From positions 16,289 through 80,288 of the forward strand of contig CAZWYM010000003.1 of NCBI GenBank assembly GCA_964638425.1: a stretch of 64,000 nt of DNA, read 5' to 3'. The notes beneath the pieces were generated by a model. It saw only the letters and a program-made list of their open reading frames with translations, did no database searches and was not told the DNA's origin. The DNA is from an uncultured Candidatus Saccharibacteria bacterium. GTDB taxonomy: Bacteria; Patescibacteriota; Minisyncoccia; Phycocordibacterales; UBA918. The position numbers and the translations under genes were made by a program. Positions 47,053 to 57,866 of the stretch are shown here, one piece after another (within the stretch, counting starts at the first letter, position 1; every line of letters starts with the position of its first letter).

Positions 47053-48439
47053 ACTTCAATCAATCGACAAAAAAGTCGCAGGAACGCACACAACTATTTC
47101 CCTCGTAGAAAAAGGTGTCGAAAAAATCGTCCGTGAGGGGAAGAGTGAAGTACTCGGAATCCCATCAGGGAAGCTCGAGAAAGTCACCCCGCGCACACTC
47201 CGTACGCTCGTACGCAACGTCGTGCAAACGGCAAAGAAACATAAGCTCGAAAAAATAGCACTCACCCTCGAATACGCACACTTCCCACGATGTGCTGAAT
47301 ATGGTGAAGCATGGTTCTTCAGTACGGTAGTAGAAAACATTCTCCTCGCTGACTACGAATACACCGTGTACAAGAGCAAGAAGAAAGAAGCATCACTCAA
47401 GGAAATTGTCATTGTGACGAGTAGTACAAAAGACGCACGAGAGGGAATTGTACGAGGAACGACCGTAGGAGAAAGTGCAAACACCTGTCGCAATCTTGCC
47501 AACACTCCAGGTGGCGACATGACCCCTGCAATTCTCGCAGAGCAAACCAAGAAATTGTTCAAGGGTACAAAGGCAAAGGTTACCGTACTCGATGAGAAGG
47601 CAATCAAGAAGCTCAGAATGGGTGGTCTCCTTGGTGTAGGGCAGGGAGCAAAAGACGCTCCGCGGTTTATCATAATTGAGTACTTTGGGAAAGGGAAAAG
47701 TGGAAAAGCTGATGATGCACCTGTAGTGTTTGTAGGAAAGGGGGTTACCTTCGACACCGGCGGACTCCAGGTGAAGCCGGGGATGTCGATGTATGAAATG
47801 CACATGGATATGTCGGGAGGTGCTTCAGTCATTGGGTCTATTCTCGCTATTGCAAAGCTCGGACTCAAGAAGAACGTCATTGGACTCATCCCCGCAGCGG
47901 AGAACGCTATTGGAGATGGCTCGATGCGCCCTGGAGACGTGCTCACGATGATGTCTGGCACAACAGTGGATGTACTCCACACAGATGCTGAAGGACGTCT
48001 CATTCTCGCTGACGCACTCCACTACGCACACAAGTACAATCCAAAGCTCGTTGTCGATGTAGCGACCCTCACCGGAGCTGCACTCGCAGCACTCGGGACT
48101 CACGCACACGTCATTATGACGAAGGACCGCAAGACCGAAGACCTCATGCGAGAGCTCGGAGAAGAGTCTGGTGATTACACATTCCCGCTTCCACTCTGGG
48201 ACGAATACAAGCAGTACATCAAGGGCGTGAATGCAGATATCTCAAACGTACCTGCAGGTGACTCAAAGTACGGTGGGACGATTAATGGAGGTATGTTCCT
48301 CGCTCACTTCGTGAAGAAGATGAAGTGGGTACATATCGACATGGCACCACGTATGACTGCAAATGGAAGCGACAAGCTCGCAAAGGGTGCGACAGGCGAA
48401 CCAACCCGCCTCCTCGTGAAAATCGCAGAAAGTTTCTAA
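47042..48439 (+). CDS. pepA: leucyl aminopeptidase (M17)
   Basis: NTPGGDMTP, VGKGVTFDTGG and NTDAEGRL motifs. It overlaps the aspS end by 11 nt. Confidence 0.9.
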   Translation: MQIKLQSIDKKVAGTHTTISLVEKGVEKIVREGKSEVLGIPSGKLEKVTPRTLRTLVRNVVQTAKKHKLEKIALTLEYAHFPRCAEYGEAWFFSTVVENILLADYEYTVYKSKKKEASLKEIVIVTSSTKDAREGIVRGTTVGESANTCRNLANTPGGDMTPAILAEQTKKLFKGTKAKVTVLDEKAIKKLRMGGLLGVGQGAKDAPRFIIIEYFGKGKSGKADDAPVVFVGKGVTFDTGGLQVKPGMSMYEMHMDMSGGASVIGSILAIAKLGLKKNVIGLIPAAENAIGDGSMRPGDVLTMMSGTTVDVLHTDAEGRLILADALHYAHKYNPKLVVDVATLTGAALAALGTHAHVIMTKDRKTEDLMRELGEESGDYTFPLPLWDEYKQYIKGVNADISNVPAGDSKYGGTINGGMFLAHFVKKMKWVHIDMAPRMTANGSDKLAKGATGEPTRLLVKIAESF

Positions 48440-48470
48440 GTTTCAGGTAAATATTCCAATTATGATATAA

Positions 48471-49241
48471 TTGGAATATTACTGGGTAATATCCCTTACC
48501 ATGCTTTATATATTTTTGTTTGTAGTTCTATTCATCGTACTTATCAGTATTCGTCAGGTAAACCAGTACCAAAGGGGAGTGAAATTCACTTTTGGAAAAT
48601 TCACTTCCATCATGGAGCCAGGTTGGAGACTCGTGTGGCCAATCATTCAGGGTTATCAAAAAGTTGATATCCGAACTAAAGCTGTTGATGTACCTGACCA
48701 AAACGCTATTACAAGAGATAACGTGACCGTAAAAGTAAACGCGGTGATTTACTACAAGGTTTCTGATGCAGAAAAAGCAATCATTGAAGTTGAAGATTTT
48801 CGTTACGCGATATCTCAGTACGCTCAAACAACCATGCGAAATATTGTTGGAGAAGTAACGCTCGATGAACTCCTTTCAAGTCGAGATAAAATTGCTGAAC
48901 GAATCCGAGAAATTGTTGATAAAGAAACAGATGCGTGGGGACTCATGGTTCAAAATGTGGAACTCAAAGATGTGAGCCTCCCTGCAGACATGGAACGCAC
49001 TATCGGTAAGCAAGCAGAAGCAGAGCGAGAAAAGCGAGCAGTCATCATCAACTCAGAAGGGGAACTCGCAGCATCTCAAAATATTGCAAAAGCTGCTGAA
49101 ATGCTTTCAGCTACTCCCGGCGCACTCCACTTGCGTACCCTCCAATCGATAAATGATATGTCGTCAGACCAAAGCAACACGGTGGTATACATGGTCCCTA
49201 TTGAGGCTTTACGTGCAGTCGAAGGCTTCATAAAGAAATAG
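48471..49241 (+). CDS. SPFH/band-7 (stomatin/prohibitin-like) membrane protein
   Basis: An N-terminal TM helix followed by an SPFH domain (…VDIRTKAVDVPDQNAITRDNVTVKVNAVIYYKV…) and a coiled-coil/Ala-rich tail. Confidence 0.8.
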   Translation: MEYYWVISLTMLYIFLFVVLFIVLISIRQVNQYQRGVKFTFGKFTSIMEPGWRLVWPIIQGYQKVDIRTKAVDVPDQNAITRDNVTVKVNAVIYYKVSDAEKAIIEVEDFRYAISQYAQTTMRNIVGEVTLDELLSSRDKIAERIREIVDKETDAWGLMVQNVELKDVSLPADMERTIGKQAEAEREKRAVIINSEGELAASQNIAKAAEMLSATPGALHLRTLQSINDMSSDQSNTVVYMVPIEALRAVEGFIKK

Positions 49242-49292
49242 CGAAGTGGATACCCAAAAAACAGGGGAGTAGGAGCGTGGTAAAATATATCT

Positions 49293-50066
49293 GTGGACGT
49301 AGAGCATCCTCAAGAACTCGAAGTGGGTACTCCTTTGACGAGTACTGCATTCAAAATACAAACCGATGTCTATTCGGGTCCTTTAGATTTGCTCATTGAT
49401 CTCATCGAAAAGAGAAAGCTCCTCATCAACGACATTTCGCTTGCTTCGGTAACCGATGACTACATGGCGTATGTTGCCCAATTTGAAAAGAACCCACTCC
49501 GTGAGATGGCGGATTTTATCGTACTCGCTTCAACACTTCTTCTCCTCAAGTCTAAGTCACTCCTCCCAATACTCGAACTCACTGAACAAGAAGAAGAAAC
49601 ACTCGAATCCCTCGAACGACGACTCCAGCACTACCAAATATTTAGAAACGCAGGGAAAACGATTGAGAGTATCTTCGGCAAGAACGTATCACATGAACGA
49701 ACCTTCATCCCTGACAAAAACCCACTTTTCATTACAGATTCACTCACCAATGTAGATACACTCAGACTCGCTATGTCTGACGTACTCAGGAACTTGCCAA
49801 AGAAGGTAGAAAAGCCAAAGGTGCAGGTGAAGACGGTGGTCTCACTCGAAACAATGATTGACCGACTCAAGGAGCGTATCGAAAGACAGCTCTCATTCAA
49901 ATTTACTGACTTTCACGGCGATTCACGGGAACGTTCGACTATTATCGTTGGTTTCCTCGCAGTCCTCGAGATGGTGAAGCAGGGTAGTGTCCTCGTACGT
50001 CAGCACGCACACTTCCATGAGATTGAAATTGAACGCGAAGGAAGCGCAGTACCTCGGTATCACTAG
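49293..50066 (+). CDS. scpA: segregation and condensation protein A
   Basis: The kleisin pattern FSGPLDLLIDLIEKRKLLINDISLASVTDDYM. It is followed by scpB. Confidence 0.8.
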   Translation: MDVEHPQELEVGTPLTSTAFKIQTDVYSGPLDLLIDLIEKRKLLINDISLASVTDDYMAYVAQFEKNPLREMADFIVLASTLLLLKSKSLLPILELTEQEEETLESLERRLQHYQIFRNAGKTIESIFGKNVSHERTFIPDKNPLFITDSLTNVDTLRLAMSDVLRNLPKKVEKPKVQVKTVVSLETMIDRLKERIERQLSFKFTDFHGDSRERSTIIVGFLAVLEMVKQGSVLVRQHAHFHEIEIEREGSAVPRYH

Positions 50067-50148
50067 GTTTTAGGCTATTCCTCCATAATGAGCCACTTGG
50101 GTACAAATATACTCGTAAAAATGAGGCTTTTATTGCTATAATAGCCCT

Positions 50149-50715
50149 ATGAATCTCGAAATGAAGATCGAGGCGCTTTTGTTTTATAAAACAGAGCCAA
50201 TTAAGAAATCTGCGCTCGTTGAGATTTTTTCTGTGTCAGAATCAGAAATTGATGGCGCGCTCGCACAGCTATCGGTATCGCTCCTACCGCGAGGTATCCG
50301 ACTTACAGAAACCGACACTGTCGTGCAACTCGTTACTGCACCTGAGGTGAATGAACTTATTGAACAAGTACGTAAGGATGAAATCCGAGGCGATATAGGA
50401 AAGGCAGGTGCAGAGACGCTTGCAATCATTTTGTACCGTGGTCCGATATCACGTATCGAAGTAGATCGTATTCGTGGAGTGAACTCAACCTTTATCATTC
50501 GTAACCTCCTCATACGTGGTCTCGTCGAACGTCGACCACATCCGACTGACACACGCTCATTCGTGTACGCAGTCACTCCATCACTTCTCAATCATCTCGG
50601 CGTGGCGAAACGCGAAGCGCTCCCCGAGTTTGCCGATATCATGAATGCACTCGACATATTTGAGAAGCAACAAGAAGCAGAAGCTGCCGAAGGTGCTAAT
50701 CCACTCACCTCATAA
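50149..50715 (+). CDS. scpB: segregation and condensation protein B
   Basis: The tandem winged-helix ScpB pattern (IEALLFYKTEPIKKSALVEI…GAETLAIILYRGPISRIEVDRIRGV). Confidence 0.85.
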   Translation: MNLEMKIEALLFYKTEPIKKSALVEIFSVSESEIDGALAQLSVSLLPRGIRLTETDTVVQLVTAPEVNELIEQVRKDEIRGDIGKAGAETLAIILYRGPISRIEVDRIRGVNSTFIIRNLLIRGLVERRPHPTDTRSFVYAVTPSLLNHLGVAKREALPEFADIMNALDIFEKQQEAEAAEGANPLTS

Positions 50716-50720
50716 CGAGT

Positions 50721-51770
50721 ATGCCTGAAATAGAACCAGAAAATGCAGAACTCTACATTGAAGAGAATATTGCGTACGAGGAAGAAAAAAGTATGCACCC
50801 TCACACTTCAACTGTACCGGTGATGCCACAACTTTCAGTTGCCCTTGGTCTCCTTGTGTGTGTCTTCAGCGTGACCTACATCGGTGCAACCAAATCAATG
50901 ACCAAACTTGAGAAGGACAATGTCACCGTTGAGACAGCGCTCGCATCACACGCAGAAAAAGCTGAGTCACTCTCTGCGGTATTTGACGACGTCACCCTGC
51001 GAGCAAAAAGTGCGATTGTTTGGGACGTGCAAGGGCAACGTGTTCTCTTTAACAAAAACGCCGATGACACACGTCCACTCGCTTCCATTACGAAGCTCAT
51101 GACCGCGCTTGTTTCATACGAACTTCTCGACCCGCGCGATACCGTTGCTATTACTCCAAATGCGCTCCGGGTAGAAGGGGATAGCGGATTCGCAGACGGA
51201 GAAACATTCACCATGCAAGACCTTTCTGATATCACGCTCATTTCATCTTCAAATGACGGGGCGTCAGCACTCAGTCGTGAAGCAGGACGCGTAGTCGGAG
51301 AAGATGCGGACCCTGAAGCTGTTTTCATTCGAGCAATGAACCTAAAGGCGCAAGAACTTGGACTAACCAAAACACGCTTCGCAAATAGTACCGGACTCGA
51401 CCTTTCACCGACTGAAGCTGGTGCGTACGGAAGCGCACGCGATGTAGCACTTCTCATGGAGTACATCATTACCAACGTCACCGACGCCGTAGCGCTCACA
51501 AACCTTGATATCGCAACAATCGGAAACAAAGAAGGGGCGTATCACACCGCAAAGAACACAAACGAAGTAGTGGACTCTATCGATGGACTCATCGCATCAA
51601 AGACGGGGTACACGGAGCTCTCAGGGGGTAATCTCGTGGTCGCAGCGAATGTAGGACTCAACAGACCTATCATCGTTGTGGTTCTTGGTTCATCACAAGA
51701 TGAGCGTTTTACCGACACACTCGAACTTCTCGATCGTGCTAAATTATACATAGCGAAAGCAGACGAATAA
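50721..51770 (+). CDS. D-alanyl-D-alanine carboxypeptidase (S11, PBP5/6-like)
   Basis: The SxxK motif (LASITKLMTA) and the SxN and KTG motifs (SSSNDGA; KTGYT). Confidence 0.8.
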   Translation: MPEIEPENAELYIEENIAYEEEKSMHPHTSTVPVMPQLSVALGLLVCVFSVTYIGATKSMTKLEKDNVTVETALASHAEKAESLSAVFDDVTLRAKSAIVWDVQGQRVLFNKNADDTRPLASITKLMTALVSYELLDPRDTVAITPNALRVEGDSGFADGETFTMQDLSDITLISSSNDGASALSREAGRVVGEDADPEAVFIRAMNLKAQELGLTKTRFANSTGLDLSPTEAGAYGSARDVALLMEYIITNVTDAVALTNLDIATIGNKEGAYHTAKNTNEVVDSIDGLIASKTGYTELSGGNLVVAANVGLNRPIIVVVLGSSQDERFTDTLELLDRAKLYIAKADE

Positions 51771-51775
51771 TCAGT

Positions 51776-52849
51776 ATGGAAACCACTATCATCAAAGTCC
51801 TCGCACCTACAGCCATAGCCTTTATTGTGGGTATTTTGATTACTCCTATCATTACGCACTATCTCTACCACTTTGAAATGTGGAAGAAGAAGTCAGGGAA
51901 GGGAGCTGGCTACGGAGGCGGCGAAACCCCGCTCTTTGACGCACTCCATAAGCATCGCGACACCAACACACCTCGCATGGGCGGTATCGTGATTTGGGCG
52001 AGCGTCGTCATTACCATAATCCTTCTCTGGGCACTACAATTTATTTTCGAAGGAAGCGTTCTCGGGACACTCGATTTCCTCAGCCGTTCACAAACATGGC
52101 TTCCACTCTTTGCACTTCTCATCGGTGCATCTGTCGGATTCATTGATGACCTTCTTGTTGTACGAGGAACAGGGAAGCACTTTGCAGGAGGACTACCACT
52201 CTCACAACGTCTCCTCGTCGTAGGTGTTACCGCTGTTTTCTCTGCATGGTGGTTCTATGAAAAACTCGGCGTGAGCAGTATTGGACTCTTTGGTCAGGGC
52301 GATCTCAATCTCGGTATCTTTTTTATTCCATTCTTCGTTCTCGTTGCCATCGCTATTTATGCAAGTAGTGTCATCGACGGTATCGACGGACTTTCAGGTG
52401 GAACGCTCATGTTTATTTTTACTGCGTACACCGGTATTGCGGTCTACCAAAACCAAATCGACCTCGCAGCATTCTGTGCTACGGTCGTTGGAGGACTCCT
52501 CGCATTCCTTTGGTTCAACGTGCCTCCAGCACGTTTCTACATGACTGAGACAGGTATCATGGCACTCACAATGGCAATCACCATTGTTGCGTTTATGACC
52601 GACTCACTTGGTGGGGGAGAAGGAGTAAGTATTTTCCCTATTATTGGAATACTCCTCGTTCTCACGGTAGCTTCAGACGTTCTCCAGCTTCTCTCAAAGA
52701 AGATACTCGGCAAGAAAATTTTCCTCATTGCACCACTCCATCACCACTTCGAAGCACTCGGATGGCCGGCTGAGAAAGTCACTATGCGATACTGGATTCT
52801 TGGTTTTGTGTTTGCAATTATCGGGACACTCCTCGCGATTGCACTCTAA
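51776..52849 (+). CDS. mraY: phospho-N-acetylmuramoyl-pentapeptide transferase
   Basis: A polytopic membrane protein with MraY signature regions (…GGIVIW…DDLLVVRG…IDGIDGLSGG…) and its position upstream of ftsW-murG. Confidence 0.9.
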   Translation: METTIIKVLAPTAIAFIVGILITPIITHYLYHFEMWKKKSGKGAGYGGGETPLFDALHKHRDTNTPRMGGIVIWASVVITIILLWALQFIFEGSVLGTLDFLSRSQTWLPLFALLIGASVGFIDDLLVVRGTGKHFAGGLPLSQRLLVVGVTAVFSAWWFYEKLGVSSIGLFGQGDLNLGIFFIPFFVLVAIAIYASSVIDGIDGLSGGTLMFIFTAYTGIAVYQNQIDLAAFCATVVGGLLAFLWFNVPPARFYMTETGIMALTMAITIVAFMTDSLGGGEGVSIFPIIGILLVLTVASDVLQLLSKKILGKKIFLIAPLHHHFEALGWPAEKVTMRYWILGFVFAIIGTLLAIAL

Positions 52850-52855
52850 ACACCT

Positions 52856-53959
52856 ATGCAACACTCCCTCGACAGATCACTCCTCATTCTTACGATTACC
52901 CTCGTTGCGTTAGGGTTCCTTATCTTTTCGTCAGCATCACTTGGTCTTCTCGCGCGAAATGGAGCAAGCTTTTCATCGGTTGCACTTAATCAAGTACTCT
53001 TTGGTATTGTGGGCGGAGGTATCGCTTTCTTTCTTACGAGCACACTTCATTACCGTTGGTGGCGACAATACGCATTTTATATTTTCGTTTTCAGTATTGT
53101 CCTCACCCTTTGCGTTTTTGTGCCTGGTCTTGGACTCGCACACGGTGGTGCAACGAGATGGATTCACCTTGGCTCGTTTTCAATGCAACCCGCTGAGCTC
53201 TTGAAGATTGGCTTCACTATCTACATGGCAACATGGCTTTCGGGGATGAAGAACCAAATTAAGATTTTCACAAAAGGAACACTCCCGTTCATGCTCATTG
53301 TTGCAGGAGTTGGTATTCCACTTCTCCTCCAGCCAGATACCGACACATACCTCATGATGGTTGCGGCTGCACTCGCTATGTTCATTACTGCAGGTGGGAG
53401 AGTTCGTGACGTTGCGCTCATGCTCTGTGCTGGTGTCGTACTCATTGTTATCTTGGCGTTTTCAAGACAGTACATCATGGACAGAATCATGACCTTCATT
53501 AACCCCGCGCTCGACCCACAGGGCTCTGGGTACCAAATTAAACAATCCCTCATTGCGGTTGGTTCGGGTGGCTTTTTAGGAAGAGGTTTCGGGCAGAGTA
53601 TCCAGAAGTTTGAATACCTTCCAGAGCCAATCGGTGACTCTATCTTCGCTGTCTATGCAGAAGAGTTTGGCTTCCTTGGAAGTCTCGTACTCATTCTTAT
53701 TTTCTCGGCATTTGCTGCCCGCGGATACAAGATAGCCACCCACGCCCCAGACCTTTTTGGTATGCTCCTCGTGGTAGGGATTATCACACTCATCATGTCG
53801 CAAGTATTTCTCAACATCGCTGCGATGCTCGCTATTGCGCCACTCTCCGGACTCCCGCTTCCATTCATTAGTCATGGTGGTACTGCACTCCTCGTCACCC
53901 TTGCTGCAGTGGGTATCGTAATCAACGTATCCAAGTACCAAAAGGCAACTGCGCTTTAA
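52856..53959 (+). CDS. ftsW: SEDS-family peptidoglycan glycosyltransferase FtsW/RodA
   Basis: The SEDS pattern with 10 TM helices (QPAELLKIGF…GLPLPFISHGGTALL). Confidence 0.85.
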   Translation: MQHSLDRSLLILTITLVALGFLIFSSASLGLLARNGASFSSVALNQVLFGIVGGGIAFFLTSTLHYRWWRQYAFYIFVFSIVLTLCVFVPGLGLAHGGATRWIHLGSFSMQPAELLKIGFTIYMATWLSGMKNQIKIFTKGTLPFMLIVAGVGIPLLLQPDTDTYLMMVAAALAMFITAGGRVRDVALMLCAGVVLIVILAFSRQYIMDRIMTFINPALDPQGSGYQIKQSLIAVGSGGFLGRGFGQSIQKFEYLPEPIGDSIFAVYAEEFGFLGSLVLILIFSAFAARGYKIATHAPDLFGMLLVVGIITLIMSQVFLNIAAMLAIAPLSGLPLPFISHGGTALLVTLAAVGIVINVSKYQKATAL

Positions 53960-53985
53960 CGCGTGATACAATACCTACGTATCCT

Positions 53986-55119
53986 ATGAATACTGGCTCA
54001 AAAAATCTTAGAGTACTTCTCGTTGGCGGTGGAACGGGGGGTCATTTTTATCCGCTCATCAGTATTGCTGAGGCACTCAACAAAACACCTGAGCAACCGT
54101 ACCTGTACTACGCAGGTCCCGATGTCTATGACAGCGAAGCGCTCGCTTCAGAGAACATTTCTTTCCTCCGTATTCAAGCAGGGAAGCAACGACGCTACAA
54201 ATCAATACTCAATTTCATTGATGCTTTCAAAACTTTTTTTGGTGTTATTGGAGCAATTCTAAAACTCTACGTCATTTACCCTGACGTCATCATGAGCAAG
54301 GGGGGATACACGAGTGTGCCTATTGTGCTCGCGGGAGCATTCCTCCGTATCCCTATCATTGTGCATGAGTCAGACGCAGTCATGGGAAAGGCTAATACAC
54401 TCGCGAGTAAATTTGCTCGAGACATCATCGTTTCGTACGACGAAGTAAATGTGCCACCATCGACAAATGCACAAGTTCACAAATTTGGTATCCCTGTACG
54501 AAGCACACTTCTTGGCGCTCCTACATCCGACGCAATCGAGAAGCTTGGTGTAGACCCCGAGCGTCCTATTATCCTTGTCATTGGTGGCTCACAGGGTGCT
54601 GAACGAATCAACTCACTCATACTCGATTCACTTGATGAGCTTCTTGCCGATTTCACTATCATTCACCAGACAGGGAAGAAGAACTTCGAACTCTGTAAAC
54701 TTTCTGCAGAAAATTTCATCCCTGACGAAGAACGAAGACAGCACTATCACGCTGTGCCATTCCTCGACGGAGCACTCCTCAACAATGCATACCACCTTGC
54801 ACACATCGTCATTTCTCGAGCAGGAAGCAATTCTATATACGAAATAGCGCTCCATGGTAAACCATCGATTCTAATCCCTATCCCAGAGGATATAAGCCAC
54901 GACCAGCGCACAAATGCGTACGCATACGCACGTGCAGGGGCTACTTCAGTCATGGAGGAATCAAATCTAACCGACAGCTTGCTCAGAGCTGAAATTGACC
55001 GTATTATGCAAAACAACGATCTCTATACAAGTATGGCCAATGGAGCCCGTGCCTTTGGGAGACGCGACGCAGCAGAACAAATCGGAAGGCTTCTTATCGG
55101 CACTGCAGAAACACATTAA
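53986..55119 (+). CDS. murG: UDP-N-acetylglucosamine--N-acetylmuramyl-(pentapeptide) pyrophosphoryl-undecaprenol GlcNAc transferase
   Basis: GGGTGGHFYP and a GT28 C-terminal domain (…GGSQGA…). Confidence 0.9.
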   Translation: MNTGSKNLRVLLVGGGTGGHFYPLISIAEALNKTPEQPYLYYAGPDVYDSEALASENISFLRIQAGKQRRYKSILNFIDAFKTFFGVIGAILKLYVIYPDVIMSKGGYTSVPIVLAGAFLRIPIIVHESDAVMGKANTLASKFARDIIVSYDEVNVPPSTNAQVHKFGIPVRSTLLGAPTSDAIEKLGVDPERPIILVIGGSQGAERINSLILDSLDELLADFTIIHQTGKKNFELCKLSAENFIPDEERRQHYHAVPFLDGALLNNAYHLAHIVISRAGSNSIYEIALHGKPSILIPIPEDISHDQRTNAYAYARAGATSVMEESNLTDSLLRAEIDRIMQNNDLYTSMANGARAFGRRDAAEQIGRLLIGTAETH

Positions 55120-55127
55120 ATCGAATT

Positions 55128-56489
55128 ATGTCAATTTTTTCTAAACCAGTAGTAACTCGAATGGCACCTAGCCCAACCGGGCATCTCCATATCGGTACCG
55201 CACGTACCGCTCTTTTTAACTACCTCTTTGCAAAGAAGCATGGTGGGACATTCATTCTTCGTACTGAAGACACCGACAAAGAACGAAGCAAAAAAGAATT
55301 TGAAGACGAGATTATCGAAGGACTCGAATGGCTCGGTCTGAGCTGGGATGCATTCTATCGTCAGTCTGAACGAGCGAGTATTTATCGAGGATACCTCGAA
55401 AAAATCGTTGCTCAGGGGAAGGCGTATGTGAGTAGGGAAGAGAGCAAAAATACCCCTGGGGAATTCGTTGAAGTGGTCCGACTCAAGAATCCAAACACCA
55501 CACTCACCTTTACCGACGAAATTCGCGGAGAAATTACATTCGACACCACTGAGCTTGGTGACTTTGTCATTGCTCGTTCTCTTGATGATGCACTCTATCA
55601 CTTCACCGTTGTGGTAGACGACCACGAGATGGGCGTCACCCACGTTATCCGCGGAGATGACCATATCTCTAACACACCGCGACAAATCCTCATTCAGGAA
55701 GCAATCGGAGCGGAGCGTCCAATATACGCACACCTTCCACTTATTCTTGCTCCTGACCGCTCAAAGCTATCAAAGCGACATGGTGCGGTAATGCTCAAAG
55801 AGTACGAGCGACAAGGCTTCACTAAAGAAGCAATCGTAAACTACCTTTCACTCCTCGGATGGAATAGTGGTACCGACCAAGAACTCTTTACCCTTGAGGA
55901 ACTCACACGCGTGTTTGACCTTAATGGTATCCAAAAGGGAGGTGCGGTCTTTGATATTGAAAAACTCAAATGGTTTACCAAAGAACACCTTAAGGCATAC
56001 AGTGATGAAGACTTCCTTGAATACATCTATCCACGTGTGTTTGACCACATCTCAAAGCTTCCTCAATACAGCGAAGCACGCCTTAGAAAACTTCTTCCAA
56101 CCATACGCGAACGCATTTCTGTTGCCGAAGAGGCAGGGGAAGAAGCACTGAAAGGGGAGTATGACTTTGCTTTTTCTGCGCCACATATCGACCCGAACAT
56201 GGTGAAGTGGAAGAATGACGCTTCCCCACGAGAATCTCTTTCACGACTTCAAAAACTCGCTGAAATTATCGCAACAATCCCAGAAGAGGCATCTCACGAA
56301 GCAATCAAAGACCGCATCTGGGACTACGCAGTGGAAATTGGTAAGGGGGAAGTACTCTGGCCACTTCGCGTCTCGCTCACTGGAATGGAACGTTCCCCTG
56401 ACCCATTTACCGTACTTTCTATTATTGGTTCTGGAGAAGCATACAAAAGGATCAAGACTGCGTGTGATACAATTTTAAGTACCCACTAG
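55128..56489 (+). CDS. gltX: glutamyl-tRNA synthetase
   Basis: HIGH (PSPTGHLHIGTAR) and KLSKR motifs, with full GluRS similarity. Confidence 0.9.
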   Translation: MSIFSKPVVTRMAPSPTGHLHIGTARTALFNYLFAKKHGGTFILRTEDTDKERSKKEFEDEIIEGLEWLGLSWDAFYRQSERASIYRGYLEKIVAQGKAYVSREESKNTPGEFVEVVRLKNPNTTLTFTDEIRGEITFDTTELGDFVIARSLDDALYHFTVVVDDHEMGVTHVIRGDDHISNTPRQILIQEAIGAERPIYAHLPLILAPDRSKLSKRHGAVMLKEYERQGFTKEAIVNYLSLLGWNSGTDQELFTLEELTRVFDLNGIQKGGAVFDIEKLKWFTKEHLKAYSDEDFLEYIYPRVFDHISKLPQYSEARLRKLLPTIRERISVAEEAGEEALKGEYDFAFSAPHIDPNMVKWKNDASPRESLSRLQKLAEIIATIPEEASHEAIKDRIWDYAVEIGKGEVLWPLRVSLTGMERSPDPFTVLSIIGSGEAYKRIKTACDTILSTH

Positions 56490-56524
56490 ACTACTTGTGT
56501 AGTCATTCTGTGGGATGGACTACC

Positions 56525-57847
56525 ATGAAATTTCGCCAAACAATACCGCTCTATAGTATTCTTTTTGCATTACTTACTGTCCTTCTTTTTGCAGGCATTT
56601 TTGTTGGTGGCACCCACACAATCGAGGCATCGGAAATTGATGACCTGAAGAATCAAATCAATGAACGAAACTCGCGTCTCAGTGACATTGAAAAGGAAAT
56701 TGCAGAGTACAAAAACGAACTCAAGAAAGTCGGTGGTCAGAAAAACTCGTTGCAAAAAGCAATCAATCAACTCGAACTCGAGCGCAAAAAGGTGCAGGCA
56801 GACATTAGCTACACACAAAACAAAATCGGTGCTACTGATCTCGAAATCAATAAGCTCACGATAGAAATTGGTAACACTAGAGAAGACATCAACCTTAACA
56901 AACTCGCTATTAGTGAGACCTTGCGAACCCTCAGTGGTATGGATGATAGCTCGCTCATTGAAGCACTCCTTGAGTATGACAACCTCTCAGAATTCTGGGG
57001 CAAAATTGATGAACTTGAACATATCCGTGGAGTCATTCAAAATGAAGTAAGTAGTCTTACATCACGCAAAAAACTACTCGATGAAAAGTACGAACTCAAC
57101 ACCTCAAAGCGCGCAGACCTCATCGATTTGCGAGACCAATACAGTGACCAAAACGAAGTACTCGCCGACAACAAATCAGCAAAATCAAAGCTCCTCAACG
57201 CTACAAAGAACGAGGAAGCGGAGTATCAAAAATTGCTTAAGGACAGGGAAGCAGCACGTGCATTAATCCTTAAAGAGCTTCGTGACTTCGAATCGAAGCT
57301 TCAGTTTATCCTTGACCCAAATACCATTCCACCTAAAGGAACACCAGTATTTAATTGGCCTGTAGAAAACGTCATCATCACACAGCTCTTTGGTGGAACT
57401 GAATTCGCAAAACAAAATGCATCAGTCTACGGTGGACGCGCATACCATCCAGGAGTCGACTTTGGCGTTCCGTTGGGAACAAAGATTTATGCACCGCTCG
57501 CTGGAACAGTACGCGCTACAGGTAATACCGACCTTGTTGCTGGATGTTACTCATGGGGTAAGTGGACTCTCATAGACCACTCAAACGGACTTTCAACGCT
57601 GTACGCGCACCAGAGTGTACAGAGCGTCACACCAGGACAACAGGTAAAGACGGGTGAGATTATTGGCTACTCAGGAAACTCTGGATACTCAACTGGCCCA
57701 CACTTACACTTTACGGTGTACGCAAAGGCAGGAGTCTCTGTACGTAAATTCAATGAGATTAAAGCGGTAACGAGCTGTGGTGCTGCGACTACGCCAGTTG
57801 CTGCAACCGATGCGTACATCGACCCAATGGTGTATCTTCCAAAGTAA
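56525..57847 (+). CDS. M23-family peptidoglycan metalloendopeptidase with N-terminal coiled coil (EnvC-like)
   Basis: A signal/TM segment and a long coiled coil are followed by M23 motifs (HPGVDFGVPLGTKIYA…HLHFTVY). The start was moved to ATG 56525. Confidence 0.8.
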   Translation: MKFRQTIPLYSILFALLTVLLFAGIFVGGTHTIEASEIDDLKNQINERNSRLSDIEKEIAEYKNELKKVGGQKNSLQKAINQLELERKKVQADISYTQNKIGATDLEINKLTIEIGNTREDINLNKLAISETLRTLSGMDDSSLIEALLEYDNLSEFWGKIDELEHIRGVIQNEVSSLTSRKKLLDEKYELNTSKRADLIDLRDQYSDQNEVLADNKSAKSKLLNATKNEEAEYQKLLKDREAARALILKELRDFESKLQFILDPNTIPPKGTPVFNWPVENVIITQLFGGTEFAKQNASVYGGRAYHPGVDFGVPLGTKIYAPLAGTVRATGNTDLVAGCYSWGKWTLIDHSNGLSTLYAHQSVQSVTPGQQVKTGEIIGYSGNSGYSTGPHLHFTVYAKAGVSVRKFNEIKAVTSCGAATTPVAATDAYIDPMVYLPK

Positions 57848-57866
57848 CCCTTAATACATAATTCGT